DNA of 64,000 nucleotides from a virus. The notes below the pieces were generated by a model. It had not been told where the DNA came from, ran no database searches, and saw only the letters and a program-made list of their open reading frames with translations. A program made the translations under genes and the position numbers. The first letter of the stretch is position 1. Each line of letters begins with the position of its first letter. Location of the stretch: positions 18,938-82,937 of IMG/VR virus record IMGVR_UViG_3300032245_001466; one strand, 5' to 3'. Positions 19,696 through 27,671 of the stretch are shown here, one piece after another.

Positions 19696-19855
19696 GGAGT
19701 ATCTCACCTCGTCTGGGGTCTTGTCAAGCACTTTCCCAAAGATTCTTTATGAATCTTTTTTATCCACCAGCCGCCCCCTTGACAGTTCTATCCCGAAGTG
19801 CAGCTGCACTTCGGGCTGCCACAATAATAAACTCAAAGAACAAGGAGCCAAATAA

Positions 19856-19990
19856 CTAACTCTCTTGCGGGTGCTCGCAGTTTTCTGACTGCTCCAACTC
19901 GTAGCACGCGTTATCCCGAACGGGATTGTCTACACACTCGCAGACAATCTCATTGCGTTCGCAGTCATCGCACCAAACCATCGTACTCAT
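19856..19990 (-). CDS. 44-aa Cys-rich acidic protein
   Basis: MSTMVWCDDCERNEIVCEC...; GGAGG RBS; translated by hand. Confidence 0.55.
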   Translation of the reverse strand: MSTMVWCDDCERNEIVCECVDNPVRDNACYELEQSENCEHPQES

Positions 19991-20208
19991 TAGAGCCTCC
20001 CAGTTCCGCCGCAGCCGCAGATGCCGCCCTCGCAGGTTGCGCCTTCCTCAACGAGCAGCGCGCAGCCGTACTTCTCGGCTCGGTGTTCCTCGCACGATTC
20101 GCAGTAAAGAGCAGATTTGCCAGACTCATTGTTGTCGGAGATGTACGCTGCCTGACCGTCGCAGAAGTCGCAGAAGCGCGACTCCAAGATGAACTCGCCC
20201 TCGCTCAT
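19990..20208 (-). CDS. Cys-rich small protein
   Basis: CDFCD...YCESCE...CEGGICGC. Confidence 0.65.
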   Translation of the reverse strand: MSEGEFILESRFCDFCDGQAAYISDNNESGKSALYCESCEEHRAEKYGCALLVEEGATCEGGICGCGGTGRL

Positions 20209-20414
20209 AGTGCCACCTCAAATCCGTCAGCCTGAATACCATCTAGAATCTGCTGAACATAGCGGCGCTCAATCGCAAGACCGCGACCAAGATACATCGC
20301 GTCCTCGCCGATGTTCTCGTCCAGCCAGCGGCGAGCATCGCTCGTCGTCGGAGTGAGTAGGCAGACGGAGCCGCCGTCCGTGAGCGTGAAGTCCGCGCTG
20401 TGCTTCTTTGCCAT
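20205..20414 (-). CDS. conserved small phage protein
   Basis: GSVCLLTP....A..WLDENI...LAIERRY...I..G...DG; AGGAGG RBS. Confidence 0.7.
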   Translation of the reverse strand: MAKKHSADFTLTDGGSVCLLTPTTSDARRWLDENIGEDAMYLGRGLAIERRYVQQILDGIQADGFEVAL

Positions 20415-20734
20415 TGTGTCCTCCTATCGCAACGCGCCCAAGTGAGCGTGAGGAAAGTGTAAATGATCATTGACCAGCCGTCAAGTTCTAACTCAAACAG
20501 CCGCGGCTGTTTGAGCCGAAACAATAAAGGGGAGCCGCGCCAGACACCACATCTGGCACGACTCCCCGCGTATCGCCGCTATGACGCTTATCCCCTTGCG
20601 GAGGCAACCTTCGGCTCTCGCCTAGTTGCTGCTGACTCTACCTTCTCTGGTTAGGAGCCCAAGAGCCAGACCTTATCGTCGCGGGCAGTTCGTCAATCTG
20701 CCAACTAGCCGTCCTCTACACGGCGCGGATTTAT

Positions 20735-21019
20735 TTACGCTTTCACCTCGTACTGCTCGCCGCCGATTCGCAGCGCGGTGATTGCGTCAAGGGCGATTGA
20801 GCGATAGCCCTCTGCGGTAATGTCATAGACGAAGATGAGGTCTTTGGCAGCAGCGTCATACGCAGCCTCGCCGCCTTTGAGATGCTTCTTTACGCCAAGA
20901 CGCGCCGTCATCTTGCGAAGTTCGCCCGTGGTTCGCTTGATGAAGTCCACGCCGAAGATTGCGCCATTGCTGTTGCGAATCATCTCTGCCGCTTCGCTTC
21001 GCTTGATTGCCTTTGCCAT
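20735..21019 (-). CDS. SH3/WYL-like beta-barrel protein (DUF2693-like)
   Basis: F.V.F.KRTTGELRKM.ARLGV...VYDI...GYRSI. Confidence 0.6.
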   Translation of the reverse strand: MAKAIKRSEAAEMIRNSNGAIFGVDFIKRTTGELRKMTARLGVKKHLKGGEAAYDAAAKDLIFVYDITAEGYRSIALDAITALRIGGEQYEVKA

Positions 21020-21141
21020 TTCTTCCTCCTTGTTCACAGCACCCCAATCGGGGCAAGCCCATTATAGGGTCATCTTTTGCCAGCCGTCAAGTGGGTTCTA
21101 GCCCAAGAGGCCGGAGCCTCTTGGGGCTGAACTATAATCGC

Positions 21142-21318
21142 CTACTTCCAGTCTTCTGGAACTAACTGCCAATCCTTTTCGCAATCACTAGAATAAAGGT
21201 CGCAATGCCGACACCAGACGACAAAGCAGCCCTCCTCGTGTCCGTCTTTCTCGCAATCAGACCAGAGCCAATGCGCCTCGCGAAGATTGTCTGGGCAGTC
21301 GCAGCGAAGAACGCTCAT
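21142..21318 (-). CDS. small Cys-rich protein
   Basis: Coupled to upstream gene. Confidence 0.5.
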   Translation of the reverse strand: MSVLRCDCPDNLREAHWLWSDCEKDGHEEGCFVVWCRHCDLYSSDCEKDWQLVPEDWK

Positions 21319-21764
21319 AGGACTTCGCAACCTTTCAGGGTGCGGCAAAGACCCAGAAACTCTCGCCACTCCTCAATAATCGCAACCCAAGCCGTAGCCT
21401 CTTCATCTGGGTCAGCCTTCGTCTTATCGTCCGTGTACGGGCTGGCAAGAAGAATACCAGTAATAATCTTCTTGATTTCTTCTTCGCTCAACTTGGAGAT
21501 GGCATTGTGTAGTTCTTCGCACTCATAGTCCTTGATGATGTTGCCGCTGTTATCGTACAGATTCTCATTGACCTCGGTGAATCCAATCTCATCGTGGAAA
21601 GCGCGCAGGTAGCCCATACCCCAAATGTTCAGTCGGAAATAGACCGCGCTTGGAGCCTTCTCAGCGTAAGAGCCGTCTGGCTCAATCCACATTGAGCGGA
21701 ACTTCTTGGCGTGCGCCGCAGCCAGTTCACGATTCTCTCGCAATGAGTAGATGTCGTATCCCAT
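21315..21764 (-). CDS. conserved phage protein (YFRLNIWGM...FL..C..CEV)
   Basis: AAGGAGG RBS before ATG 21764. Confidence 0.7.
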   Translation of the reverse strand: MGYDIYSLRENRELAAAHAKKFRSMWIEPDGSYAEKAPSAVYFRLNIWGMGYLRAFHDEIGFTEVNENLYDNSGNIIKDYECEELHNAISKLSEEEIKKIITGILLASPYTDDKTKADPDEEATAWVAIIEEWREFLGLCRTLKGCEVL

Positions 21765-21917
21765 TTTGTCCTCCTTATTCCACACCCCAATCAGGGCAAG
21801 GTCATTGTAAGGTACCGCTCTCCGCTCGTCAATAGGTTCTAGCCAAGATGGCCGGAGCCATCTTGGGTACAACAAAAAACCGCCCGAAGGCGGTTAGTTG
21901 TTTGGAAATAATCCTGA

Positions 21918-22394
21918 CTAAACGATAACTTCCTGCGGCTCCATAAGCCCAGCCCAGATGTTTGGCACATTAGAGCGGATGCTCGTGTATCCGTCAGAGG
22001 AAATAACGAGATGGTCAAGAAACTCAATGTCCAACAGGCGCGCCCCTGCCACCAAGTCCTCAGTTAGTTTCTTGTCCTCGTCGGACGGAGTGTGGTCGCC
22101 GCTTGGGTGATTGTGAACAACCACAATGCCCTGACCGCCAGTCAGGATACAAGAGCGAAACACTTCGTTGATGCGAACGCTTGTGCCTGTTGCCGTGCCA
22201 AGATAGACCTGCTCAATCCCGATGAGATTATTCCTTGCCCCAAGCACCATCACAAACAGCGACTCCTGATTAGAGTCCTTTGCGAAATCGCGGAACATCT
22301 TTACTGCCTCGGCTGGCTGCTCAACCCTCTCATCGGACTGATCAGCAACCTTCTTTCTCTTTACCACCATTTCGTATGCTTTCCAGTTCTTCAC
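21918..22394 (-). CDS. RadC-like JAB domain protein
   Basis: QE...V..L..RN, VHNHPSGD..PS.ED..LT, LLDIEFLDHLVI. Confidence 0.9.
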   Translation of the reverse strand: MKNWKAYEMVVKRKKVADQSDERVEQPAEAVKMFRDFAKDSNQESLFVMVLGARNNLIGIEQVYLGTATGTSVRINEVFRSCILTGGQGIVVVHNHPSGDHTPSDEDKKLTEDLVAGARLLDIEFLDHLVISSDGYTSIRSNVPNIWAGLMEPQEVIV

Positions 22395-22939
22395 GCTACC
22401 ACCACCTTTGCTGCTTCCTCTTTGGTTGTCTTGCCGCTGCGAATCTCATCTCGCAACTCAATCCCTTCCTTCATCCAGATTGCGTCAAGTTCGGCGTTGC
22501 GCTTCTCAGCGTGCTTTGCCTCGCGCAAACCTTCCTCAGTCATACGCTCAACAACGCGCTTGCGCCAAGCCGTCGGCGACTCATAAGAGGCGTTTGTTGA
22601 GAGTCCGATGTGCCGAACGATGTCGGCACGCGTCAGAGGGCGAGCCTCAAAGCAATCTGCGTTCTTATCGCCGTCTGGCTCGTTTCCGTTCCATACGGTC
22701 ATCTTTGAGAGCCAACCGATTTCGTATGCGAGCGCGAGTCGCTGCTCCCACTCATCCACATTGGCTTCGGTGATTTCGTTTAGTCCAATCGTCATCGTCG
22801 CCCAGATGAAGGAGTTCGTGATTGGGCTGAGGTACTCCTCGCCGCGCACGCGTCCATCCATCACGCTGCTCTTTGTTGCGGTGAGCCAACAGACATCATC
22901 CGCGTCCTTGATGTTTCCCACGAACCAACTTAGTGGCAT
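22391..22939 (-). CDS. hypothetical protein
   Basis: AAGGAGG RBS; IGL.EITE.N...HIGLSTNA. Confidence 0.7.
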   Translation of the reverse strand: MPLSWFVGNIKDADDVCWLTATKSSVMDGRVRGEEYLSPITNSFIWATMTIGLNEITEANVDEWEQRLALAYEIGWLSKMTVWNGNEPDGDKNADCFEARPLTRADIVRHIGLSTNASYESPTAWRKRVVERMTEEGLREAKHAEKRNAELDAIWMKEGIELRDEIRSGKTTKEEAAKVVVA

Positions 22940-23067
22940 ACTGCCTCCTTATGTCCTCTTATCGGGAAGCCCCGACCTGCTTATTCTAAGACCACGCTTG
23001 ACCCGCTGTCAAATGGGTTCTAGTCCAATGAGCCGGAGCTCATTGGAGGCGAACTATTATCTGCTTA

Positions 23068-23538
23068 TTACTTGATTTGGTTTGTCGTATAACCGCACGC
23101 CATACAAACTGGGACGGAGCAGCCTTCGGGATTGTCGCCCGTATCTACGCCCTCATCTGGGTCGCACAATCCACACGGCGCATAATCGACATCACGGCAG
23201 AGGCACTCGCTTTTCGCATCTCGCGGCAAGTCGTTGTAGTGCCTGTGCCAGTTTGCGTCGCCGTCGCGATTCAGCGCAAACTCGCAATCAGGGCGGAAGC
23301 ACCAACCATCAGCAACGGCTTCCTTGTCCGACATAAATGGCGGGTGAAACTCACACTCGCACGGAGCGCAGTCCAAGCAGTAGACGAGATAGCCATCTGG
23401 CACGCTTCCATCATACTGATCAAAGTCAAGCGTATCGAATCGCGTGTACGGCATACCATTCCAAGTGCCGATGACCTTCTCGTCGGCGTAGAAGACCATC
23501 GTGGAGCAGCGAACGCATTTGTCCATCTGCCCACTCAT
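23068..23538 (-). CDS. Cys-rich hypothetical protein
   Basis: Multiple CxxC; coupled. Confidence 0.6.
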   Translation of the reverse strand: MSGQMDKCVRCSTMVFYADEKVIGTWNGMPYTRFDTLDFDQYDGSVPDGYLVYCLDCAPCECEFHPPFMSDKEAVADGWCFRPDCEFALNRDGDANWHRHYNDLPRDAKSECLCRDVDYAPCGLCDPDEGVDTGDNPEGCSVPVCMACGYTTNQIK

Positions 23539-23843
23539 TCTGCTTCCTCCCACTCCGCGCCCTGCTCAATCAGGGAAACGAATCCTTCATTTGGATCATC
23601 GTGGTTGGTGTGAACTGCCTGTACGAATCGCAACGAACAAGAGTTCTCGTACCACTCCATCACCGCGCTCAGCATCTCATCTGGCGTGGTGTCTTCCGCG
23701 GAGATCAGCGGATCATAGCCGTACCCGCGCATCTCCGACATCTGCTCATCGTCCATCAAGACATAGATCTTGTGGCAGGTATCAAACGCGATGCCCTTCG
23801 CATTTTCTAGATACTCCTCAACCTTGTCGAAACTCGCTGCCAT
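23535..23843 (-). CDS. conserved acidic phage protein (IAFDTCHKIY...WYENSCSLRF)
   Basis: AGGAGG RBS and own promoter. Confidence 0.7.
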   Translation of the reverse strand: MAASFDKVEEYLENAKGIAFDTCHKIYVLMDDEQMSEMRGYGYDPLISAEDTTPDEMLSAVMEWYENSCSLRFVQAVHTNHDDPNEGFVSLIEQGAEWEEAE

Positions 23844-24003
23844 TTCGTCCTCCTAGTTTCTACACGGCAACTGCCGTAGGTGGATTGTAAGGCACAACCT
23901 AGCGGCTCGTCAAATGTTCTACTCCAAGTGGCCGGAGCCACTTGGAGTAAAACAAAAATCCCGCCCCGAAGGGCGGGATTTCTGGTTGATCTTCTGGTGA
24001 AGA

Positions 24004-24966
24004 TTACGCGAGGGCGAGAATCGCCTCGCGCTTTGTCTTCGCTGCGAAGCCCGTATCCAACATCACGCTTGACGCTCGCGCATCAAGAGCCGTTGAGCGA
24101 ACGCCGCCACGATACGAAACGCCGTGATCGAGGTACTCCGCGATGGCGTTGTACACGCCCCACTTCGTATCGCGAAGCCCGTCAAGATTCTCCGCGTTAT
24201 TGAGAATCGCGAAAGTTGCCTTAGCGCGCTCCGACATTACTTCCTTATCGCGCTTCTCCGATTCAGAGAGCGGGAAGATCTTTGAGATGATGCGGAACGC
24301 CTCAGATCGCTCAATCTTCTGGGCAACCATCTGCGAGCCGATGCGCGAGAACTCATCAACAGCGGCAGAGGCAAGCCCAAGAGCGCGCTTCGCCTCCGCG
24401 ACTTTCTCCTCAATCTTCGCCGTGTGGCGAAGTGTGAACGACATCTTCGCGCTTCCAAGAGCCGCGTTGAGCGTATTCTGGCATACCACGCGCACAGGAG
24501 TGATCATCGCTTTGAGCGGGAACAGCCCGTTGTGCCCATTGGCGATGACGAGGTAAGTCGTCGTGCCGCCGTTGTCGCCCTTGATCTCGATCTTCTCAGG
24601 AATCTCCAACGCCGCGAAGATCACCTGACCGCCTTTGAGTGAACCAGCCGTTTCGTAGCGCGCACCCTCATCAAGCAGCGCGTCCGCGAACGACAGCATC
24701 TCATCGTTCTGGATTGGCGTGTAGCGGTCGCCGACAACGCCAAGAACCGCGCCGTCAGTTGATCGAACATTTGCGCGCTTGCCCTCGATGGCGAGCGTCT
24801 TGTTGTCGAGCGTTGTGAAGATCGGCTGCTGCTTGACCTGCCAATCAAGACCCGCGGCAACGATCATTTCCGCGCTCGTAGTAAGACCTGCGTTTGCTAC
24901 GCCAAGTCCGTGCCACGGCATACCGCGCTCCGCGTTGTATGCCATCGTTTCTACCTCGTGTGCCAT
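24004..24966 (-). CDS. DUF932 family phage/plasmid protein
   Basis: MAHEVETM...PWHGLG...AGLDW.V...LGVVG.RY..IQN...YETAGSL.GG...TPVRVVCQNTL...RHT. Confidence 0.9.
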   Translation of the reverse strand: MAHEVETMAYNAERGMPWHGLGVANAGLTTSAEMIVAAGLDWQVKQQPIFTTLDNKTLAIEGKRANVRSTDGAVLGVVGDRYTPIQNDEMLSFADALLDEGARYETAGSLKGGQVIFAALEIPEKIEIKGDNGGTTTYLVIANGHNGLFPLKAMITPVRVVCQNTLNAALGSAKMSFTLRHTAKIEEKVAEAKRALGLASAAVDEFSRIGSQMVAQKIERSEAFRIISKIFPLSESEKRDKEVMSERAKATFAILNNAENLDGLRDTKWGVYNAIAEYLDHGVSYRGGVRSTALDARASSVMLDTGFAAKTKREAILALA

Positions 24967-25151
24967 TGTGTCCTCCTTCTTTACATACGGCAACTGCCGT
25001 AAGAAGATTCTCCCACAAGCACAAGATCGCGTCAAGTTCTAGCCCAAAGGGCCGGAGCCCTTTGGGTGGAACATAATAATAAGCCCCCCGAATAATCGAG
25101 GGGCTTATTACTTTGTGGGGCGCAGGGAGGACGCCTTGCGCCCCGAAGTCA

Positions 25152-25964
25152 TCAGCCTCCGACGATGCCGCCGAAATGCTCCTCGCAGAACGACTCAAAC
25201 TCCGTCTGCGGAACGGCATCATAATCTCGCTCGCCGTATTGCGGCTTGCCATCTTCGCCCTTGTACCACGCCTCATCTGGCAGCGAGTCGCCATCGCCAA
25301 ACTCACGCCGCGAGATTTCGTTTCCCGCGTGATAGACAACTTCGCCAGCGTAGCCCATACCGCCTTCGCAATAACGATGAGTAATGGTCAGCGTTGGGAA
25401 TAACCCAGAGAGCGCGTGAATCACAGGCTCGGCAGGGCTCCACGCGGTATCAAAGTTGTATGAAGTTATACCCGCGACAAATGAGTCGTCGCGGTCGTGC
25501 CAAGCCTCGGAGCAGTTCCACTTTGTTCCCCAATGCTCAACATTCCAGTTGTACCACCAGTCTGGGTGTGAGGAAATCTTTGGGGTGTTGTGCTTTGGGC
25601 AGACCTCTGAGCCGCCGAACATCTGAGCAACAGAGTCAGTAATCGTGCCGTTATCAAGGTTCGTCTTCTTTACCTCAACGCCGTCCACAGCCCAATAGCC
25701 TTCTTGAGGCTCAAAGCCGTAGTCCTTCTCGTACTCGTGTCCTTCGGCTCCCTTGACCACCGCCTTGGTGATAACGAACTCTGGGTGGCAGCCACAAAGG
25801 AAATCGTTCTGATTCTCGTTGGCTGAATAGTACGGAACATCAGGAGTCGGAACAATCTTCGCGAAATCGAAGCCGTCCTCTTCGCCCTTGACCAACTCAA
25901 TGAGTCGGACAATCTCCTGCTCGTTTCCGCTGATGTCTACTTGGTTTACGCACCAGTTTGGCAT
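25152..25964 (-). CDS. DUF1281/YubB-like ferredoxin-fold protein
   Basis: MPNWC.N...FDF..IVP.P...WYNWNVEHWGTKWN...FDTAWSP...Y.E.G. Confidence 0.85.
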   Translation of the reverse strand: MPNWCVNQVDISGNEQEIVRLIELVKGEEDGFDFAKIVPTPDVPYYSANENQNDFLCGCHPEFVITKAVVKGAEGHEYEKDYGFEPQEGYWAVDGVEVKKTNLDNGTITDSVAQMFGGSEVCPKHNTPKISSHPDWWYNWNVEHWGTKWNCSEAWHDRDDSFVAGITSYNFDTAWSPAEPVIHALSGLFPTLTITHRYCEGGMGYAGEVVYHAGNEISRREFGDGDSLPDEAWYKGEDGKPQYGERDYDAVPQTEFESFCEEHFGGIVGG

Positions 25965-26085
25965 TGTGTCCTCCTTGTGTCCTCGCGGGAAGCCCCGCAC
26001 CATTGGATTGTAAGCCACCGCTTCCGCTGCTGTCAAGTTCTACCTCAACAAGCCGGAGCTTGTTGAGCGCGAACTAATTATTTTT

Positions 26086-26418
26086 TTATTTATCGAAAGA
26101 GAGTGCACTAACTCCGTCAGGCGTCATGACCACATGTCCACCTTCGACGAAGATGCGTCCGCCATCGTTAGCCTCATCATCAGATGAAATAATCAGGGAA
26201 TAACGCTTGCCGTTCTGCTTGACGAATAACACGGGCATGTATGGCTCTTCCTCGCCATCGCCAATAACTGTCCCACCAATAATCGTCGCCCCAATAAATG
26301 GCTCGACCATCTCTGTCCGAAGGTAGTGGCGCTCAATGGCATCGCGGCTCAAGCCAGTCCGCTCTTTCACTAACTGATTCCTATTGCTCAATAACTGCGC
26401 AATCGTTTCGACAGCCAT
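26086..26418 (-). CDS. first gene of right arm, hypothetical
   Basis: AAGGAGG RBS; TTGACA/TATAAT promoter at ~26458-26488. Confidence 0.7.
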   Translation of the reverse strand: MAVETIAQLLSNRNQLVKERTGLSRDAIERHYLRTEMVEPFIGATIIGGTVIGDGEEEPYMPVLFVKQNGKRYSLIISSDDEANDGGRIFVEGGHVVMTPDGVSALSFDK

Positions 26419-26623
26419 AACTTCCTCCTTACACCTATAGGCTAACTGCCTAACCGCATTATAAGTCAGCCAATAACCGTCTGTCAAATAATAAGGTTCG
26501 GGCCTCGCTTGCGAGCTCGGGACTGCCCCAAATAATAAGTCTTGTCAACTCCCCCCACCCCCACCCCAAACTTGACTCCCCGCTATCCCCTGCCTTACAA
26601 TGCCCCCATAGGAAAGGAGTCGC

Positions 26624-26839
26624 ATGGAAATCATCACGATCATTCTCTTCTCGCCGATCCTGTTGGTTGCGTATCTCTGGCAGGTCGCAGAGGCAGACTG
26701 GTGGCAGCGGCTACATCTGGTCATGCTGCCAGTCATCTTCTTCGTAGCGGCGGGTAAGGCGTATCTGGGAGTTCTTGGCGGTATCGGAGCGATTGTCGTT
26801 TCCACGCCATTTCTGATTTGGGCACTAAGGAGGATTTGA
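26624..26839 (+). CDS. small membrane protein
   Basis: Hydrophobic; divergent TTGACT...TACAAT promoter at ~26572-26601. Confidence 0.65.
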   Translation: MEIITIILFSPILLVAYLWQVAEADWWQRLHLVMLPVIFFVAAGKAYLGVLGGIGAIVVSTPFLIWALRRI

Positions 26840-27081
26840 TGAAGCGTTTCAGAGTGTACATTAAGAAGATCGATGACTTCTCAGTCGATCTCTCTTACGA
26901 TGGAGAGGACTTGGCTGGCTTAGAGGGTAATCAGTTGCTTGCCGCGGTTGCGGACGATGCAGCCGAGCAGGGGCTTGGCAACTGGGATTTCCTTGAAGGC
27001 AACACTATCGCGGTGACGGTAGCCGAAATCAATGAGGACGGCACCGAAGGTAACTCCTTGCAGATCAATAAGGAGGTCTAA
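26839..27081 (+). CDS. acidic hypothetical protein
   Basis: GGAGG RBS. Confidence 0.6.
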   Translation: MKRFRVYIKKIDDFSVDLSYDGEDLAGLEGNQLLAAVADDAAEQGLGNWDFLEGNTIAVTVAEINEDGTEGNSLQINKEV

Positions 27082-27082
27082 G

Positions 27083-27472
27083 ATGTGGCACATCATTCAC
27101 GACGAGAGCATCACGGCAAACGAGAATCTGTCGATCTGGGCGAAGGATGGCAAGGGTGATCGAGAGGTTCTCTTCGAGAAGAGCAATCAAGGTCTTGAGG
27201 TTGTCTACTATCACACAGCCTTCGACGGGATCAATGAGAAGTTCCCCGCAGCGCGGATCTGCTACGGCTGGGATGTGATCCAGATGGAGAGCGAGGAGAA
27301 GGACGCGTTCCTTGAGCGCGTTGTTGACAACCAAGACATCCATCGGGTACTCTCTTGTGAGCATGACTTCACCTGCGAGGAGATCTTCCACGCAGCAGCG
27401 GTCATGCTGAGCAATGAAGAGTGCGACGGCTGTGAGCCATGCGCCCGCTATGGGTACAAGGAGGAAGAATGA
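27083..27472 (+). CDS. acidic hypothetical protein
   Basis: AAGGAGG RBS. Confidence 0.6.
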   Translation: MWHIIHDESITANENLSIWAKDGKGDREVLFEKSNQGLEVVYYHTAFDGINEKFPAARICYGWDVIQMESEEKDAFLERVVDNQDIHRVLSCEHDFTCEEIFHAAAVMLSNEECDGCEPCARYGYKEEE

Positions 27473-27663
27473 AGTACACGGTGAAAGTACAGTATCCGCT
27501 CTATCTCGACATCGAGATCGAAGCAGACGACGTGCCAGAGGCGCGGGCAGAGGCGATGAAGATCGCTGAGGCTACGCCCATTGGCGAGTGGGACGCGTAT
27601 GCGCTCCCTGAGGTCTTTGAAACTGAGTGGACAGACGAGAGCGGTATCCACACCATCATTTAG
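27469..27663 (+). CDS. DpnD/PcfM-like small protein
   Basis: MKYTVKV......IEIEADD..EAR..A. Confidence 0.55.
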   Translation: MKYTVKVQYPLYLDIEIEADDVPEARAEAMKIAEATPIGEWDAYALPEVFETEWTDESGIHTII

Positions 27664-27671
27664 GAGGAATA

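Larger units (their letters stand above)
16911..26074 (+). repeat. Right-arm 38-bp element GTTCTA-N-[~10-bp stem]-4-nt loop-[stem]-N4-AAC, 14 copies
   Basis: Starts 16911, 17470, 18042, 18509, 18973, 19428, 19785, 20485, 21095, 21836, 23017, 23916, 25036 (37 bp) and 26037. Each lies just upstream of a minus-strand TTGAC -35 (abutting it except at 19785). Confidence 0.95.
16879..26490 (-). promoter_or_regulatory. about 15 near-consensus sigma70 promoters, one per right-arm unit
   Basis: TTGAC(A/G) with ~17-18 bp spacing to TATAAT/TACAAT/TAGAAT/TAAGAT upstream of each unit, e.g. near 16903, 17461, 18031, 18501, 21085, 23007, 26031, 26483. Confidence 0.85.

Noticed and set aside
16911-26074. 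CRISPR array
   Set aside because: The elements have CRISPR-like length and ends, but are separated by 0.3-1.1 kb of genes, their stems differ in sequence, and no cas genes are visible.
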